Assembly (NCBI GenBank): GCA_038042445.1
Contig: JBBTED010000136.1
Coordinates: 1-57,961 of the forward strand
Source: Candidatus Firestoneibacteriota bacterium
GTDB lineage: Bacteria > Oederibacteriota > D2-FULL-39-29 > JBBTED01
Reading direction: 5' to 3'
DNA length: 57,961 nt
Positions 56,290-57,961 of this stretch are shown here, in pieces. Position 1 is the stretch's first letter. Every line of letters starts with the position of its first letter. The position numbers were made by a program, and so were the translations under genes. Below the pieces are notes generated by a model that was not told the DNA's origin, made no database searches, and was given only the letters and a program-made list of their open reading frames with translations.

Positions 56290-57261
56290 ATGTCAGATTT
56301 AGCAGCACAGGAAAGAATAGAAAACAAAATATTTCTGTTAAGAGGTCACAGGGTAATGATAGATAGGGATCTTGCGGAACTATATGGTGTAGAAACAAAA
56401 TATCTAAATAGACAGGTAAAACGTAATAAAGAGCGATTTCCTAAAGAATTTATGTTCCAGCTTACTGCTGATGAAAAAAATGAACTGGTAACAATTTGGC
56501 ACCGGTTCAAAACAATGAAGCATGCTACTGCGTTGCCTTATGCTTTTACTGAACATGGTGTATCAATGTTAGCCAGTGTTTTAAATAGTGAAAGAGCTAT
56601 AAAAATAAGTATTTATATTATCAAAACATTTGTTAAATTACGTGAATTTATTGCGATACATAAAGAACTTGCACATAAGTTAAATGAACTTGAACGAAAG
56701 ACAGAAAAACACGATACAGATATTACAAGAATTTTTGAAGTAATTCATAGTCTTATCGGAACAAACCATAAAACTTTAATCGCTCCAGAAAGACCATTTA
56801 CTAACAAGAGGATTTTCTGGGATGCTATCAGGTCTTGTGAAGAATATATTTACTGGGTTGATAAATATTTTTCAAAAGTTGGATTAGAGCTATTATCACA
56901 GTCATTAGATGACAAAAAAGTAAGAAGAATAAAAATATTGATGTCTATAGATAAAACTGATGGAAAAATTAGAGAGTTATTTAAGGATTTCAGAAAAGAA
57001 CTCAAAAATAAAAAGATTGTATGTGAATTAAGAGTAATTACTAATACTAAAATAAAATCAGATATTCACGATAGATGGATAATTTCCAAGAATATATGTT
57101 TTAATATTCCTTCAACAGATACATTAGCAAGAGGACAATACAGCGAAATAAAGAAAACCATCAATGAGCCACCTTTTAATGAATGGTGGAATAGCAGTAA
57201 AGATATTATTAATGACTGGGATGAAATTAAAACAAAAAGGGTTGCATCTATAACAGTATAG
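56290..57261 (+). CDS. ORF6N domain protein with C-terminal PLD-like (HDR) domain
   Basis: LRGHRVMIDRDLAELYGV..RFP.EFMFQL..PYAFTEHG; WVDKYF..IHDRWIIS. Confidence 0.85.
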   Translation: MSDLAAQERIENKIFLLRGHRVMIDRDLAELYGVETKYLNRQVKRNKERFPKEFMFQLTADEKNELVTIWHRFKTMKHATALPYAFTEHGVSMLASVLNSERAIKISIYIIKTFVKLREFIAIHKELAHKLNELERKTEKHDTDITRIFEVIHSLIGTNHKTLIAPERPFTNKRIFWDAIRSCEEYIYWVDKYFSKVGLELLSQSLDDKKVRRIKILMSIDKTDGKIRELFKDFRKELKNKKIVCELRVITNTKIKSDIHDRWIISKNICFNIPSTDTLARGQYSEIKKTINEPPFNEWWNSSKDIINDWDEIKTKRVASITV

Positions 57262-57317
57262 TTAATGAATAATTTAGAATTCGTAAGGATAATATGTTCT
57301 AAAAGAGAGAGAAAAAT

Positions 57318-57961
57318 ATGAAAAAAGTAATTCTAACAATATTGTTTTTATCTCTAATTTCAGGTATCGCTTTTTCTGAAGTAACCAGAAAAATAACCCA
57401 AAAAGGGTACACAAAAGAAGCAATTTACTATAGCGGAAATAAAGAGATAGCGAAAGAAATATTTGATGAGAAAGGTAATATAAAAAGAGTTGGAAAAATA
57501 CCAAATGGAATAGTTAAACAATATTATGAAAGCGGAAAACTAGAGGCAGAGGTTAATTTTAAAAATGGCAAAAAAGAAGGTATAACCAAACAATATTATG
57601 AAAACGGGAAAATATGGGCAGAGTGGAATTATAAAGATGACAAATTGGAAGGTATACTCAAAGGGTATGATGATGAAAGCGGGGAACTGAGGTCAGAGAT
57701 TAATTTAAAAGATGGTAAACGGGAAGGCATAATCAAAACCTATTATGAAAATGGTAAACTAGAGGCAGAGGGGAATTATAGAGATGACAAACTGGAAGGC
57801 ATAGAGAGAAGGTATAATAAAAATGGAGAAATACTTGCTATAGATACTTATAAAAAAGGTATAAAAATAAATTCTAAAAAGTATGATACATTAGGTAGAG
57901 AAATTATGAATCAGGATTATCCTTATGAACCTGTTTTTACTGTTGAAAATATGGAGCAGGG
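57318..57961 (+). pseudogene. frameshifted exported MORN-variant repeat (YwqK-like) protein, runs off the window end
   Basis: Signal peptide MKKVILTILFLSLISGIAFS stops after 43 codons; the -1 frame from about 57390 is open to the end with YYE.G.L..E.N.KDGK.EG repeats. Confidence 0.7.

Noticed and set aside
54704..57261. Prophage
   Set aside because: ORF6N is phage-associated, but no integrase, structural or replication genes lie in the window.
920..57504. Numerous short antisense or alternate-frame ORFs in the track
   Set aside because: They overlap well-supported genes, have skewed F/L/I/S composition and no recognisable motifs.
1..57961. CRISPR array or cas genes
   Set aside because: No regularly spaced direct repeats with unique spacers; the repeats found are dispersed palindromes, and no Cas motifs are seen.
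46363..57961. Complete DGR cassette (RT, Avd, template repeat)
   Set aside because: No ORF with RT motifs and no second copy of the 48334..48438 sequence were seen by eye in the window; only a target is claimed.

Overview
An AT-rich (about 30% GC) bacterial chromosomal segment, almost entirely on the + strand. It probably comes from a diderm anaerobe, given the GT9/LPS-type genes, rubrerythrin, ETF and type IV pilus genes. The core scaffold is lysS, livHMG-(pilT)-livF, a type IV pilin with pilD, tRNA-Val(CAC), RNase P RNA, a cold-shock gene, hisS-aspS, tilS, infC-rpmI-rplT, a glycosylation cluster, yvcK-glmM-glmS, rsfS-argS, etfBA, frameshifted prfB and purC. Interspersed are several toxin-antitoxin modules and decayed remnants, three families of short palindromic repeats and a 120-bp MITE. 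Most notable: (1) an exported FGE/CLec-domain gene whose last about 105 bp look like a diversity-generating retroelement (DGR) variable region, with no RT or template in the window; (2) a tandem array of three ORF6N-domain genes, two fused to a PLD-like HDR domain; (3) repeats apparently co-opted as ribosome-binding sites, stop codons and in-frame peptide segments of tRNA ligases; (4) a MITE nested in the loop of a REP hairpin; (5) a PilT-family ATPase gene inside the liv operon; (6) several apparently leaderless genes. All calls come from reading motifs by eye; no database searches were run.
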